The notes below the pieces were generated by a model that ran no database searches, was not told the origin of the DNA, and saw nothing but the letters and a program-made list of their open reading frames with translations. Positions 17,096-27,278 of a stretch of 64,000 bases of DNA are shown piece after piece. This DNA is from a virus, in IMG/VR virus record IMGVR_UViG_3300031718_000006, positions 3,494-67,493 of that record; one strand, 5' to 3'. The position numbers were made by a program, and so were the translations under genes. The first letter of the stretch is position 1; each line of letters begins with the position of its first letter.

Positions 17096-20000
17096 TTACC
17101 CCGCATTCGGATTAAGCGCATTCAGTTGATCCGCCGCACCGACCAGAATCAGCTTGCTGAGATTGAATGCCGCCCCGAGTGCAAACGTTGAATACACGAC
17201 AAAGACTCTATTCCCGGCAATGTTCAGCGGGCGGATAATATCGTCAATCGGAGTCTGCTGAAGCGTGATCCCGCCGGGAACCGTCCACGCGCTTGTATTA
17301 AACGCCAGACTCTTGGGATTCAGGATGAAGTTCGGGTAAACCTTGACATTGCAAAGTCCTGATCCTGAGACCAATTGCTGCAACAGCGAATACCGCTTTC
17401 GGTGGAAACCTAACAACGGGTTTTGCGATGCTTTCGCGGAATTCACGAACCCGAACGTTGAATAAACGCTGTCAATCGGCGTGCCATCATCCCCGAGGGA
17501 CGACGCGCTCATTTGGTAGATTTTGCCACTGCCGTTTCCGTTACAGAACGTTAATTGCTCAGAAATATAGTCGATGTCGGTAATCAGTCCAGCATAGGGA
17601 GATGCGATGTTCCACAAACTGCATTTCAGCCTCATGTCTGTGGACATCAACGTCCCGAACATGGTGGTATGGACTGCCCGCCCGCTAATCAGTTCTTGGA
17701 AGTCATCCAATCCTTGATAATTCCACATGATGACTACGTTAGGGGTAGTCGGCGCGGCGTTCACTGGAGCCAGCGGTAGCCATTTATTCGGCGTAGGTAA
17801 AGGAATTCCGCAGACTAGGCGGCGATTGGCTAAGTCGTTTCTTAACCAAATGCTGTGCCCAGCATTCCAGTTGATTGATTCCCAGATTTCTTTCTGCTGA
17901 AAGTCAATCCTGATCGGCTGACCGCCATTGAACCCAAACACTCCATTCCGGCAGGCGGTGACAACCCATTCCTCGCCGTAATCGTAGGAATGGATGCCAA
18001 CTGCCCCGACGCGGTTAGAGACCTCACGCAGCGACCATCCTCCGCCAGGGCCGCTAGGTTCAACTCCGGGAATGTCTTGAGTGACCTGCATCGAAGACGA
18101 TTGCAAGAAGTAAAGCTGGTCATGCAGTTCAAACGCTCCAAAAGCAGTCTGGGTATTATGCGAAGCCAGCCCAAGATTTCCCGTTACTCCGTCGAAGGCT
18201 TCAAAATTATCCGCATACGAGACTCGGATGTTGGTCGAAAGCACAGGTTGTGCGGTCGGGAAAATCTCGATGCGATCTATTTCAACATCGTTTGAGTAGC
18301 CGATATTCTGCGCCCACAAGCGAAGCAACAGGCCTACCGGAACCCCTTGCGTGAATGGGCTTGTCAGCAATGTTCCTGTATAGGTCATCATCGTTTGCGT
18401 CATTGAGGCAAACGGCAGCACGAATGACCCGTAAGTCGCTCCGTATCCGGAGACTGTTCCTGTACCTGAAATCAATCCTGTATTGAATTCGGTGAGATCG
18501 ACAATGAGAGACCCTACGGCTCCGCCGCTGGGAACTCTGGCTGTAACCCTCACTGAGTACAAAACGTTCGGGAGGATGATGGGAACGTTATAAGCGTCCT
18601 GATAGGCGTTCTGCACGATCATCCCAAGACTCGCCTGAGTAGCCCCTAGCAGGTTTTGGATGTAGTACGAATTGCCAAATACGGGCGAGATCAGCAAAGT
18701 CGCGCCAATATTGATCGGGGTTGCAATTCCGGAATCAGACGTATTGCCTTGATTGGCATGGGTAAAGCTTGTGCAGACAGCCTGAAACGATGATGTTCCT
18801 GCCACGGTGATGGTAAAGACCAGACCATCGAGCAATAAGCCAGTCGTCGTGCCCAGTCCGGAGATTGCTACCTGCTGGCCTTTGACAAAAACGTTTGTTG
18901 CGACAAACGTAACAATCGAGACCCCGGCGACGTTAGTTATCGAAAATGCGGTGATCGAAACTGGATTCCCGGCATTGATGTTTGAGGCTGCGTCAATCCC
19001 CCACCCTAGCGGGGCCAGATTGCTGCCAGCGTTGGGTATGTATCCGCCATCAAAAGTCAGGTTATTGAAGTTGTTGATTTTGTTCAGTTCTCCGCCATAA
19101 AACATGCGGTCGGCGTAGGGGATGCACCATGCCACTTCGCCAAGCTCGATCTGGTTGAAAAGATCGTTGCCCTGAACGTCAATTTCCTCTCCCGATAAAA
19201 GAACCGCATCCGTGAAGGTGAACTTCGCGCTGGTGGTTATGTTGTCGTCTACATAGGTTGCCGAGTACAGGTAGTTTTGATTTAAGACCTGAAACGATAC
19301 CGGAGTGTCGATGGTGTAGAAAAACGGCCCCGGAATTCCGTTTGGCCCAGCCCCGGTGAAAGCAATCCATCGCCTGATTACGTCGGGCGGCCCAATCGGA
19401 ATATTGGAAGCGTAAATGTAGGTCGATACTCCGGTAGTGGTGAAAGTTACGGGCGCAGAGCAGGCAGTCTTGAAACCATTGCGAGTCTCAAAGAATACAA
19501 CCGCTTGCCGGGTTCCGGGAGCGATAGAAGTGAAAGCGCCAGCGATAGTGACCAAGCCTGTGCCGCCATCGTTTCCAAAGATAGGATTAGAGCCTGGATT
19601 CCCAAAAGAAACCGCGCCGGGATCAAAAGTGAATACCAACCCACTGGTCTGGGCCTGCCCGTTTTCACTGGAATCGAGCGCGATATTTTGATTTGTCTGC
19701 CCCAGCGCATCAATCGTGAAAGTACCCGATGTATTAGTGCCGGAAACGTTTGCAATCGACGCATCGACGACATTGAAGATTCCGTTGCCGTTAAGGGTCT
19801 GAATGACGGTTACCAGATCGCCAATCTGCGGGATGATGGCTCGACCTTGACCGCTCCATGTATAGCCGTAAATCGCGTTACCGTTTGTCATCTGGGTTGA
19901 ACTGATTTCATATACCCCAGACAGTAATGCGTCTGTGACAGCCCAATTTGAATTCCATCCAGCAGGCGTTGCTCCCGTAATGGTTACCTGATCTCCGGTC

Positions 20001-21145
20001 TCAAGATTCGGGATTGGGTCTTTCAGCACCGCAGTAGCTAGGGTCTGTTGATAGAACCCCGGTGCGTTGTCAGGGCCGCCGTAGAAATAGTAAGCAGATG
20101 CCGCTGCCTGAAATGTGAAGTAGTAAAAACTCTCTCCACCTGAGCCGGGAGCGTGCCCAAATCCCACAGAGGTCAATAACTGCGTGCCATATCCAAACGG
20201 AGCGTTGGTGATGTAAACGTACAGACTGCCTAGCGTGTTGAAGGCAGTCACTAGAGCCTGATCTACGATGGTCGAATAGTAAACCGTGATTACGTTGCCG
20301 GGAGTCTGCGAGTTTGGCCCCGATGACCACAGCAATGCCGCAAAGTGTCCGGGGTCGTTTGGATCGGACATCTGCGCGGGTTGAGAGATGGAAGCAAGCG
20401 GGTAAGTATATTGCGGAGTGGCGATTCCACTATCGGACGGCCCTGAATAGCCAGTAAATGCGATCTGGAACTGAGTTCCCGATAATCCCGTCCCTAAGAC
20501 GTTAAACGCCTTGCCGTTGAAAAATGTGGATACGGCGAATCCTGACAGCACCACAATCTCGCCAGCAGTTAGGGCGTTATTCCCCTGAAAGGTAACAATT
20601 GAACCCGAGCCAACCCAGCTTGCGATTGTGACCTGCGTTGCGGATGAAGACACCGACCCCGTAAACGATGGCGGAGCGCCGGGACCGACCTGAGACACCC
20701 GATCAAGCGTGTACTGGCCGATGGCAGGCTGGGGATTATATTGTCGGGGAATATCGACTCCCTTGACCTGATCGCTGAAGCACATGTACTCCACATCGTC
20801 CATTGTCTGTGAGTCCATGAACGAGCCGGGAGCAACAGTAGGAGCCAAAGGTTCCAAGATGTGCGGTAGACCGATAACCTGTTCGCTCCAGATTGTTCCT
20901 CCCGCATCGAGAGCGACTGTGTAGAGAGTCCCGCTATCCAGTGGGAAGGATTTAATGAAGTTGAAATTGAAAGTCTGGGTAGGAGGAATGCAGAGACCGA
21001 CCAGCGACTCCCGGACTAACTGAACTGCTCTAGCGTGTGTAACCTGATTGATTTGGGATTCGCGGAGAAGTTGGTCTACCCTTGCGTTGGTAGTTTGCTT
21101 GATCGGGGCTTCACGAACGAGTTGGTCTGTTCGGGCATTCGACAT
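17096..21145 (-). CDS. tail nozzle / stabilisation protein (main part) with inserted beta repeats
   Basis: YADRMFY, IRVSYADNFEAF, VSNRVGAVG, RNGVFGFNGG, IWESINW propeller motifs typical of P22 gp10-like proteins. Confidence 0.75.
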   Translation of the reverse strand: MSNARTDQLVREAPIKQTTNARVDQLLRESQINQVTHARAVQLVRESLVGLCIPPTQTFNFNFIKSFPLDSGTLYTVALDAGGTIWSEQVIGLPHILEPLAPTVAPGSFMDSQTMDDVEYMCFSDQVKGVDIPRQYNPQPAIGQYTLDRVSQVGPGAPPSFTGSVSSSATQVTIASWVGSGSIVTFQGNNALTAGEIVVLSGFAVSTFFNGKAFNVLGTGLSGTQFQIAFTGYSGPSDSGIATPQYTYPLASISQPAQMSDPNDPGHFAALLWSSGPNSQTPGNVITVYYSTIVDQALVTAFNTLGSLYVYITNAPFGYGTQLLTSVGFGHAPGSGGESFYYFTFQAAASAYYFYGGPDNAPGFYQQTLATAVLKDPIPNLETGDQVTITGATPAGWNSNWAVTDALLSGVYEISSTQMTNGNAIYGYTWSGQGRAIIPQIGDLVTVIQTLNGNGIFNVVDASIANVSGTNTSGTFTIDALGQTNQNIALDSSENGQAQTSGLVFTFDPGAVSFGNPGSNPIFGNDGGTGLVTIAGAFTSIAPGTRQAVVFFETRNGFKTACSAPVTFTTTGVSTYIYASNIPIGPPDVIRRWIAFTGAGPNGIPGPFFYTIDTPVSFQVLNQNYLYSATYVDDNITTSAKFTFTDAVLLSGEEIDVQGNDLFNQIELGEVAWCIPYADRMFYGGELNKINNFNNLTFDGGYIPNAGSNLAPLGWGIDAASNINAGNPVSITAFSITNVAGVSIVTFVATNVFVKGQQVAISGLGTTTGLLLDGLVFTITVAGTSSFQAVCTSFTHANQGNTSDSGIATPINIGATLLISPVFGNSYYIQNLLGATQASLGMIVQNAYQDAYNVPIILPNVLYSVRVTARVPSGGAVGSLIVDLTEFNTGLISGTGTVSGYGATYGSFVLPFASMTQTMMTYTGTLLTSPFTQGVPVGLLLRLWAQNIGYSNDVEIDRIEIFPTAQPVLSTNIRVSYADNFEAFDGVTGNLGLASHNTQTAFGAFELHDQLYFLQSSSMQVTQDIPGVEPSGPGGGWSLREVSNRVGAVGIHSYDYGEEWVVTACRNGVFGFNGGQPIRIDFQQKEIWESINWNAGHSIWLRNDLANRRLVCGIPLPTPNKWLPLAPVNAAPTTPNVVIMWNYQGLDDFQELISGRAVHTTMFGTLMSTDMRLKCSLWNIASPYAGLITDIDYISEQLTFCNGNGSGKIYQMSASSLGDDGTPIDSVYSTFGFVNSAKASQNPLLGFHRKRYSLLQQLVSGSGLCNVKVYPNFILNPKSLAFNTSAWTVPGGITLQQTPIDDIIRPLNIAGNRVFVVYSTFALGAAFNLSKLILVGAADQLNALNPNAG

Positions 21146-21148
21146 TGG

Positions 21149-22219
21149 CTAGACATTCACGGATAGTCCGATTTCACAGCCTCCAGCGACAGAAGCGGGT
21201 TCAGTGACCCACATGGCTCCAGTGTTTGGGTCGATAGTCGAGACTTGGTTGTAATAGGCGTAGGACTGCGAGAGATTGACGCTGTTGCCGCCGACCTGAT
21301 CGACGTTGTTGTTGCGATAGATAGCCACAATCCCGCGAGTTCCAGCCGCGTCTTCCTCCGCCATAAACCACGTATTCAATGCAAAACATTGAGTTGCACT
21401 GAGAGTTGGGAACGTCAGGGACATTCTGGCGTTGAGTGTGGCTGAAGAATTGTAATCTGCTGTGTTCGGCCCGATGTTAGCGCAGTTGCCGTAATCTGTC
21501 CCTTGCGGAGTGGTAAATGCCCAAGCATTCAATCCGCCCGTCGCAGAGTCGCCTGTCGGTACATCGGTCTGGATGCGCGTGTTTCCAAGAAAAGCATTCA
21601 GCGGTGCCGCACCCGTCAAATCAAGCATGTAGAAATCGTCGAAGTAAACGCTGATATTAGTGTTTTGGCTCCCGATGTAGACTTGGTTGACTGACGCAAA
21701 AGACGAATTAACGGTCAGGATGACATTCGTATTCAGTCGAACGATCACCTGTGTCGCAGAGAAAGAAATCTCATACAGATTGTAAGTCGATGGCACAACG
21801 GTGTTCTGGGCCGTCAGACTGCCTATCTGACTGCTGGCGTTTCCGTTCAGCAACCCCCCTGCGGCATAAGCTCCCAACTGCCCCAAATTGTTGTAGCCGA
21901 GCGTGAGAATCGTTGAAGTAGACGAAGCTAGCGTAAGGAAACTCTGAATATTGGTCGAGCTTGGCAATGTCGGCGTCCAGAATGCAAACGCAACGATCAT
22001 CGAAGAAAGGTTTGTGCCTAGCGTTCTGCCAAGGTAGGCGTTCTGGGAGCAGTTCAGCCCCTTACCAGTGAATCTCGCCCAAGAAGGATTTGCTGAGATT
22101 CCAAACCCGCCACCGTTAAACTGATCCCACATACCAGCAATTGAGCCGGAGGTTAAATTCCCGGTTGCCAGCATGTCGAAGCCGCAAGTCCAGAGGCCGT
22201 TTTGGAAGACTGACGCCAT
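21149..22219 (-). CDS. virion structural protein with a lectin-like beta-sandwich
   Basis: GFD near the N-terminus, YNLYEI, YFDDFYMLD...FLGN, DPNTGAMW. Confidence 0.7.
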   Translation of the reverse strand: MASVFQNGLWTCGFDMLATGNLTSGSIAGMWDQFNGGGFGISANPSWARFTGKGLNCSQNAYLGRTLGTNLSSMIVAFAFWTPTLPSSTNIQSFLTLASSTSTILTLGYNNLGQLGAYAAGGLLNGNASSQIGSLTAQNTVVPSTYNLYEISFSATQVIVRLNTNVILTVNSSFASVNQVYIGSQNTNISVYFDDFYMLDLTGAAPLNAFLGNTRIQTDVPTGDSATGGLNAWAFTTPQGTDYGNCANIGPNTADYNSSATLNARMSLTFPTLSATQCFALNTWFMAEEDAAGTRGIVAIYRNNNVDQVGGNSVNLSQSYAYYNQVSTIDPNTGAMWVTEPASVAGGCEIGLSVNV

Positions 22220-22222
22220 AGT

Positions 22223-22414
22223 TTACAAATCCGATCCGCAGAGCGCGTAAGCAGAAACCAATCCCGCCCGCGTGAAAACCGATCCAATGATGAAATCGCA
22301 GTCCTGACACCACGGAGATGAGCCTTCGGGCAGGCTTTCGGGGTCTGCCTGAGTTATCAGACCCCCAAAAGCATCGAGAAAGACGCTCTGTTTTGCCTGT
22401 ACCGTGTGCGACAT
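22223..22414 (-). CDS. small protein resembling the N-terminal segment of a nozzle protein
   Basis: FGGLITQADPESLPEGSSPWCQDCDFIIGSVFTRAG. Confidence 0.65.
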   Translation of the reverse strand: MSHTVQAKQSVFLDAFGGLITQADPESLPEGSSPWCQDCDFIIGSVFTRAGLVSAYALCGSDL

Positions 22415-22845
22415 TAGTTATTCTTTGTGAACCACGCTTCAAATTGGATCACGTCGTTGATGATGTACTGCGGGATGACGGCTCCGCCGTATTCAATCAG
22501 CGGCCCGGATGAGTTCGAGGAAGCATCCGCAGAGATATAGGCGTGCAGATTCCCGAACACGTTGTCCCAGATGTAGACGATTCCAGACGGAGGCGATGCG
22601 GCAGAGTGAACGTCAACGTTGATTGGAGTAATACTTCCTGTCGATGACGGCGTGGTGCTTCCGGGAGGGATGGCCTTGAGTCCTTCGATGTTCGCCCAGC
22701 TAAGCGGCCAGCCAGTCCCATTCGGCCCCGAAGGATAATGCCCTTGGGTAACGCTGATGGTGCCACGCAAAACCTCGCAACGTTGAGTGTTATCTACGCC
22801 TTTCGGGTAGGGAAATACGGTGATTGTCGCGGTAGAATCGGCCAT
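22414..22845 (-). CDS. virion protein, putative
   Basis: GAGGAGG SD; located in the head-tail block. Confidence 0.65.
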   Translation of the reverse strand: MADSTATITVFPYPKGVDNTQRCEVLRGTISVTQGHYPSGPNGTGWPLSWANIEGLKAIPPGSTTPSSTGSITPINVDVHSAASPPSGIVYIWDNVFGNLHAYISADASSNSSGPLIEYGGAVIPQYIINDVIQFEAWFTKNN

Positions 22846-22919
22846 TTTGGATACGCCTCCTCAGCGTAATCGTTAAGGGTTCCCGTCTTCTCGGCGGGTT
22901 ACATTGATTGTTGAAAAAC

Positions 22920-23762
22920 CTAGAAAGTATTGGTTGTTCCCGCGTTTGAGGTGGTTCCGGCCCCGGCAGGATAGGGTTCGCGGTGATATTCAATCGTCTG
23001 GGCGCGACGGATGATTTCCAGCTTCAAATCCGACAAAGCGGCTTCGGCGTTGGCCTTCAAATCTGCCACGGGAGGAGTCATGCCGGAAATGGCCGAGGAA
23101 ATCTTGTAAGCGGTCTTATAGGCCAGAACATCTTCGCAGTCCATGATCGGGACGTAGGTATTGGGGAAGTTGACCGGAGAGACGAACTGCGTCAGTGCAG
23201 CCTTGTAGCGGATTCTGATAGTTATGGGCGCGATGGAGCCTACAAAGAACAGGGCGTCCCCGCCACCTGCTCCCGGCGTAAAACTGGCCCCACCACGCCA
23301 TTCCCACACACCTAAACGAGTGCTCTGTTGAAGTGGCGAGGGAAGTCCTGCCTGCGGCTGAAACATTGGCACAAAGGGTAGTCCGGAGCCTGTTTGCTGC
23401 TCCCAGAGAAATTCAGGGAAAAGCAGGTCGCCGGGAAGTACAGGGGAAGGCTGTAAGGTAAGGCCATCGAAATATCCCTGCTGGGAAAGATATGTTTGAA
23501 CGTTTGGCCCTGTCGCCCCGTTTGCTGGAAGATTTATAAGTACGTTATCGCGGATCAGGGATGGAGAGCCAACGTTGCGGAGTTGACGGTAGAGTTCACG
23601 AATTGAGGCATTGAGCGCCGGAAGGGTTTGCGGAGATGTGTCTGTAGTGATCTGACCTTCTCCGGGGGTATTTGTCGCACCTGCAAGCCAGTCATTCTGA
23701 TAGACTCTGACCAAATTCATAATGACTTCTAGCGAAGGGTATGTACCAGTCAGAGTTCCCAC
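22920..23762 (-). CDS. head-tail adaptor (tail tubular A-like)
   Basis: ALNASIREL, LPGDL, WEWR, IRIRY, LAYKTAY pattern; synteny. Confidence 0.7.
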   Translation of the reverse strand: MGTLTGTYPSLEVIMNLVRVYQNDWLAGATNTPGEGQITTDTSPQTLPALNASIRELYRQLRNVGSPSLIRDNVLINLPANGATGPNVQTYLSQQGYFDGLTLQPSPVLPGDLLFPEFLWEQQTGSGLPFVPMFQPQAGLPSPLQQSTRLGVWEWRGGASFTPGAGGGDALFFVGSIAPITIRIRYKAALTQFVSPVNFPNTYVPIMDCEDVLAYKTAYKISSAISGMTPPVADLKANAEAALSDLKLEIIRRAQTIEYHREPYPAGAGTTSNAGTTNTF

Positions 23763-23774
23763 ATTGCCTCCAAA

Positions 23775-23985
23775 ATTTCGGCCCTCTTTATCGTCCTGCC
23801 GTCTGACCCGTTTTAGGGCTAGGTAAGAGCCGTTTCCGGCTCCGGCATCGTTGCCGGGTGCGCCGCTTAGGGCCAGTTCACGGTTCTTCGGACGTTAAAG
23901 ATGTTTCATCTGGCGCTATCCTCCGAGCTTAGTCGGCGGAGTCTCAATCGACCTTTCGGCCCACGAAGTTTTCACGCCAGAAGAT
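23775..23985 (-). ncRNA. candidate structured intergenic RNA
   Basis: UCUGGCG/CGCCAGA, CUUUAACGUCC/GGACGAUAAAG, CUGGCCC/GGGUCAG, CCGGCA/UGCCGG, AGCCG-GAAA-CGGCU, GGCC-GAAA-GGUC. Confidence 0.5.
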
Positions 23986-23988
23986 CGT

Positions 23989-24843
23989 TTACGAAGGTTT
24001 TTCGCCCTTAGTCCACCAGTCAAAGCCAGCCTCTTTCGCTTCGGCTTTGGTCTTGACGCCAGCCTGCACCGCCGCCTGCCAACCCGCAACAGAAGGCTCG
24101 ACGCAGATAAAGCCAAGTTCTTTGTTGACGTGGAACTTCCGGCCAAAAGGCTTCTGCTCTCCGCAATTCGGACACTCCTCTGGGCGAGTACCCTTCCGCC
24201 GCCAAGTGAACGATTCGCCAAAGTATTCGGCCATGTACGCAAAATCAGGGTTCGACCCCAATTCTTCATTCAGTTGGGCCTTATTGGTCACTTCAAGGGT
24301 CTGCGCCCGCGTCCGAAGTCCGTTGTAATACGCTTCCATGCGGTCGTAGGCTGCGCGAACGTCCTGAATAGTCGGAGGGTTCGTCAGGGCGAAAAACACG
24401 CCCTTTTGCGAGAGATTGTTGCCGACTGAGAACACGTCTTTGTCGGGGATGATCGTGTTCAAATCCAAGGACTTATTGTCTGGATTTACGATGTCCATGA
24501 CGTAACGTCTTGCATCCACGCGAATTTGTCCGATTTCAGAGGTTTGGCTGTCAAATTTCGGCATCAGCATGGGTTGCGGAAATGATGTGACGTAGTGGTA
24601 TTTTTCGTTGGCCTTCATTCCCGGCAAATACGGGTCGGTATCGGTCACGCCGGGGATATTGACTACTTCGTAAGGGCCAGCTTTGGGGAAAGTGCGTGCG
24701 GAAACGTTGTACAGGTAGACATGGTATTCAGCGATGTGGCGAGGTTGCCATTCCATCCCGCTATATGCGGTATTTCCCCCAAGGGCGGTGGTATTGGTGG
24801 ATACTGCTTTACCTTCGTCGGCAAGACCTACGGTAACTGGCAT
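23989..24843 (-). CDS. hypothetical protein with C-terminal Zn ribbon
   Basis: CPNCG...H...C; SD AGGAG. Confidence 0.75.
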   Translation of the reverse strand: MPVTVGLADEGKAVSTNTTALGGNTAYSGMEWQPRHIAEYHVYLYNVSARTFPKAGPYEVVNIPGVTDTDPYLPGMKANEKYHYVTSFPQPMLMPKFDSQTSEIGQIRVDARRYVMDIVNPDNKSLDLNTIIPDKDVFSVGNNLSQKGVFFALTNPPTIQDVRAAYDRMEAYYNGLRTRAQTLEVTNKAQLNEELGSNPDFAYMAEYFGESFTWRRKGTRPEECPNCGEQKPFGRKFHVNKELGFICVEPSVAGWQAAVQAGVKTKAEAKEAGFDWWTKGEKPS

Positions 24844-24876
24844 AGATGAGACTCCTTCTCATCTATGATTGAGAAA

Positions 24877-25590
24877 CTACCGAATCTGAAGCCCCGTCTT
24901 GAAGGATTTAGCGGCGTTTGCGGCTTGCGCCCACGTTCTTTGCAATTCCGCCATCTTTTTGTCGATCACGGTTGACCGGATGCCCTGCCGACCATAGGAA
25001 ACCGCCCCAGTGAACGGCAAAGCCTTATCCCGCAGATGACGCTCAATCTCCGCAACTTTCTCGTCTTCATCGCGCTTGCGGGCTTGGATATAGGCTTCCT
25101 TGCGCTTCTCCATTGAAATTTCCTTGGCCTTTACGATGATCGGAATCACCAACTCGAAAGTCCAAGTAGAGAGCGGCATGGTGTGGAATGAAAGTTTACC
25201 GTCTTCCATCTCGTGCCAGCGCAAATTATAGAGAAGTTCGACCCTGCCAGAATACGGGAATTCGCCCAATTGCTGAAGGCCGGTCGCTTCATCTAGATAC
25301 TGGACATAGTACGACTCGGGAGTTCCGTATTCGATTGCCTCGTGAAATTGTCCCAAGCACCAACAAGGCTCCCCGCTGCCACGTAAAATGTCCCGGTAAC
25401 CTTCAAAATGAGCTTCATCGACTGACCAACTTCCGCCCGAGCGGAACGATCCGTGGCCGTGACCATATTGTCCCCACCAGATGACGAAATTTGGCTCGTC
25501 ATAGCGATTTACGCCGCCTAGTTGAGTCAGTAATCGCTGAAACTCCCCTGGAGGCATGTCGCGTTCGTAGCCGATTCTGCGCCAAGTCAT
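24877..25590 (-). CDS. hypothetical protein
   Basis: ATGA overlap with the groEL stop. Confidence 0.75.
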   Translation of the reverse strand: MTWRRIGYERDMPPGEFQRLLTQLGGVNRYDEPNFVIWWGQYGHGHGSFRSGGSWSVDEAHFEGYRDILRGSGEPCWCLGQFHEAIEYGTPESYYVQYLDEATGLQQLGEFPYSGRVELLYNLRWHEMEDGKLSFHTMPLSTWTFELVIPIIVKAKEISMEKRKEAYIQARKRDEDEKVAEIERHLRDKALPFTGAVSYGRQGIRSTVIDKKMAELQRTWAQAANAAKSFKTGLQIR

Positions 25591-27278
25591 TTCGGTCGTT
25601 CCTGTGCCACGAGGCAATGGGTTATGAGCATTAACGCTGACACGCTTGCTGCGCTCTCCAATGCCACTCTAACAACCCGCAAGGGGTCGAGTACGCCTTG
25701 CTCCACCAAATCGCCAAACTCGCGTGTACGGGCATTCCAGCCGTAATTCGCGTTGGCAGAAAATTCTCCCTCAAGCTTTGGCGTCCCCTCTATCCGATAG
25801 AAACCGCCGGGTATATTTGATTGCTTGAGTGATTCAGCGTCTATCTTACAGCCGTTCCAAATAGCAGGCGCATTAGTTACACCCTTTAGAATGAAATCCG
25901 GAGACTCCCCGCCATTTTCAGCTAAGGTTCGCAATGGGGCAGAGCAGGCTTTTTTGATAATCTGAGCGCCGATCTTTTCGTCGCCCTCTAGTTCTAGGGC
26001 CACGAAAGCCGCCGCTTCCCATGCTCGAAGGAGTGCAATCCCGCCTCCAACTAGAACCCCTTCGTCTTTGGCGCACTTTGCCGCAAGCATGGCATCCTCT
26101 ACTCGCTCTTTTCGGGCGTTCATCTCAAGTTCCGTAGCCGCCCCGACTTTGATAACGGCAATTCCTCCGGCAAGTCGAGCCAATCTGCCCTGTAACCTGA
26201 GTCTCTGCGCTTCGTCGGTCGCTTCCGTGACCTGATTCCGCAATTCTGCGAGGCGTTTATTGAGAAACTGGTTCTCTCCGACATCGGCAATCATGGTGGT
26301 CGATAAAGGTTTGACCACTACCCGCTTGGCGTGGCCGAAGTGTTCAACCCGAATGTCTTTTGCCTTGAGTCCCGACATTTCGGTAATGACTTTTGCTCCA
26401 GTCATGGCCGCGATGTCTTGCAGGTGATCGAATCCTCCCGGAGTTTTGACCGCACAGGCTTTCAGGAGTTTCCGCTCTGAGTTAACCGCCAGAATCGCTA
26501 AAGCTTCGTCGGTAACGTCTTCTGCGATGACCAGAAGCGATTTGCCTTCCTGTGCCAACTGTTGAATGACTGGAAGCATGTCCTTAATGGTGACCAGCTT
26601 CTTTTCATGCAACAGCACCGCAACGTCTTCCAAGATGCACTCATTACGCTCCGGATTATTGACGAAATAAGGCGAAAGGAATCCGGTTGAGAATTGCAGA
26701 CCATCAACGATTTCAAGTGAAGATTCCGGCTTGCGGCTGATCTCGACGGTGACTACTCCGTCATCCCCGGCTTTTTCCATTGCAGTTGCGATGAGGTTTC
26801 CGAGGTACTCGTCGTTGTTGGCGGAGATAGTGGCAACTTGACGCAGCATATCTCCAGAGACTTCTATTGCCATCCGGTTGAGGGATTCCACGACAGCCAC
26901 GGTAGCTCGTTCGATACCACGCTTAAGTGCGACCGGATTAGCGCCAACTGTGATGGCTTTAAGCCCTTCGGAGAAGATAGCTTGAGCAAGCAGAGTTGCA
27001 GTAGTAGTTCCATCCCCTGATGAATCGACTGCTTCACGCGCTACCCCCTTCAAAAGATTTACGCCCATATTCTCGTGCGGGTCGTTTGCTTCGATCTGGT
27101 TAGCTACAGTTACACCGTCACGCGAGGAAACTGAAAGATTGTCGCCAAAGCGTTCATAAATGCAGTTGTTCCCATCGGGGCCGAGGGTACGCTTGACCGC
27201 ATTTGCGATCAAATCAACGCCTTTGAGGAGTTTGGTGCGGGCTTCAGGGCCAGAGACGATCAGTTTAGGCATGGTCAC
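25587..27278 (-). CDS. groEL: phage chaperonin GroEL
   Basis: TLGP, RDGVTVA, GDGTTTAT, ATISAN, LAGGIAVIKVGAATE, ERVEDA, GGG, GVLDP motifs. Confidence 0.97.
   Translation of the reverse strand: MTMPKLIVSGPEARTKLLKGVDLIANAVKRTLGPDGNNCIYERFGDNLSVSSRDGVTVANQIEANDPHENMGVNLLKGVAREAVDSSGDGTTTATLLAQAIFSEGLKAITVGANPVALKRGIERATVAVVESLNRMAIEVSGDMLRQVATISANNDEYLGNLIATAMEKAGDDGVVTVEISRKPESSLEIVDGLQFSTGFLSPYFVNNPERNECILEDVAVLLHEKKLVTIKDMLPVIQQLAQEGKSLLVIAEDVTDEALAILAVNSERKLLKACAVKTPGGFDHLQDIAAMTGAKVITEMSGLKAKDIRVEHFGHAKRVVVKPLSTTMIADVGENQFLNKRLAELRNQVTEATDEAQRLRLQGRLARLAGGIAVIKVGAATELEMNARKERVEDAMLAAKCAKDEGVLVGGGIALLRAWEAAAFVALELEGDEKIGAQIIKKACSAPLRTLAENGGESPDFILKGVTNAPAIWNGCKIDAESLKQSNIPGGFYRIEGTPKLEGEFSANANYGWNARTREFGDLVEQGVLDPLRVVRVALESAASVSALMLITHCLVAQERPK

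Noticed and set aside
21149-22222. Self-splicing intron interrupting the nozzle gene
   Set aside because: The interval is fully occupied by a structural-type ORF with no room for a ribozyme core.
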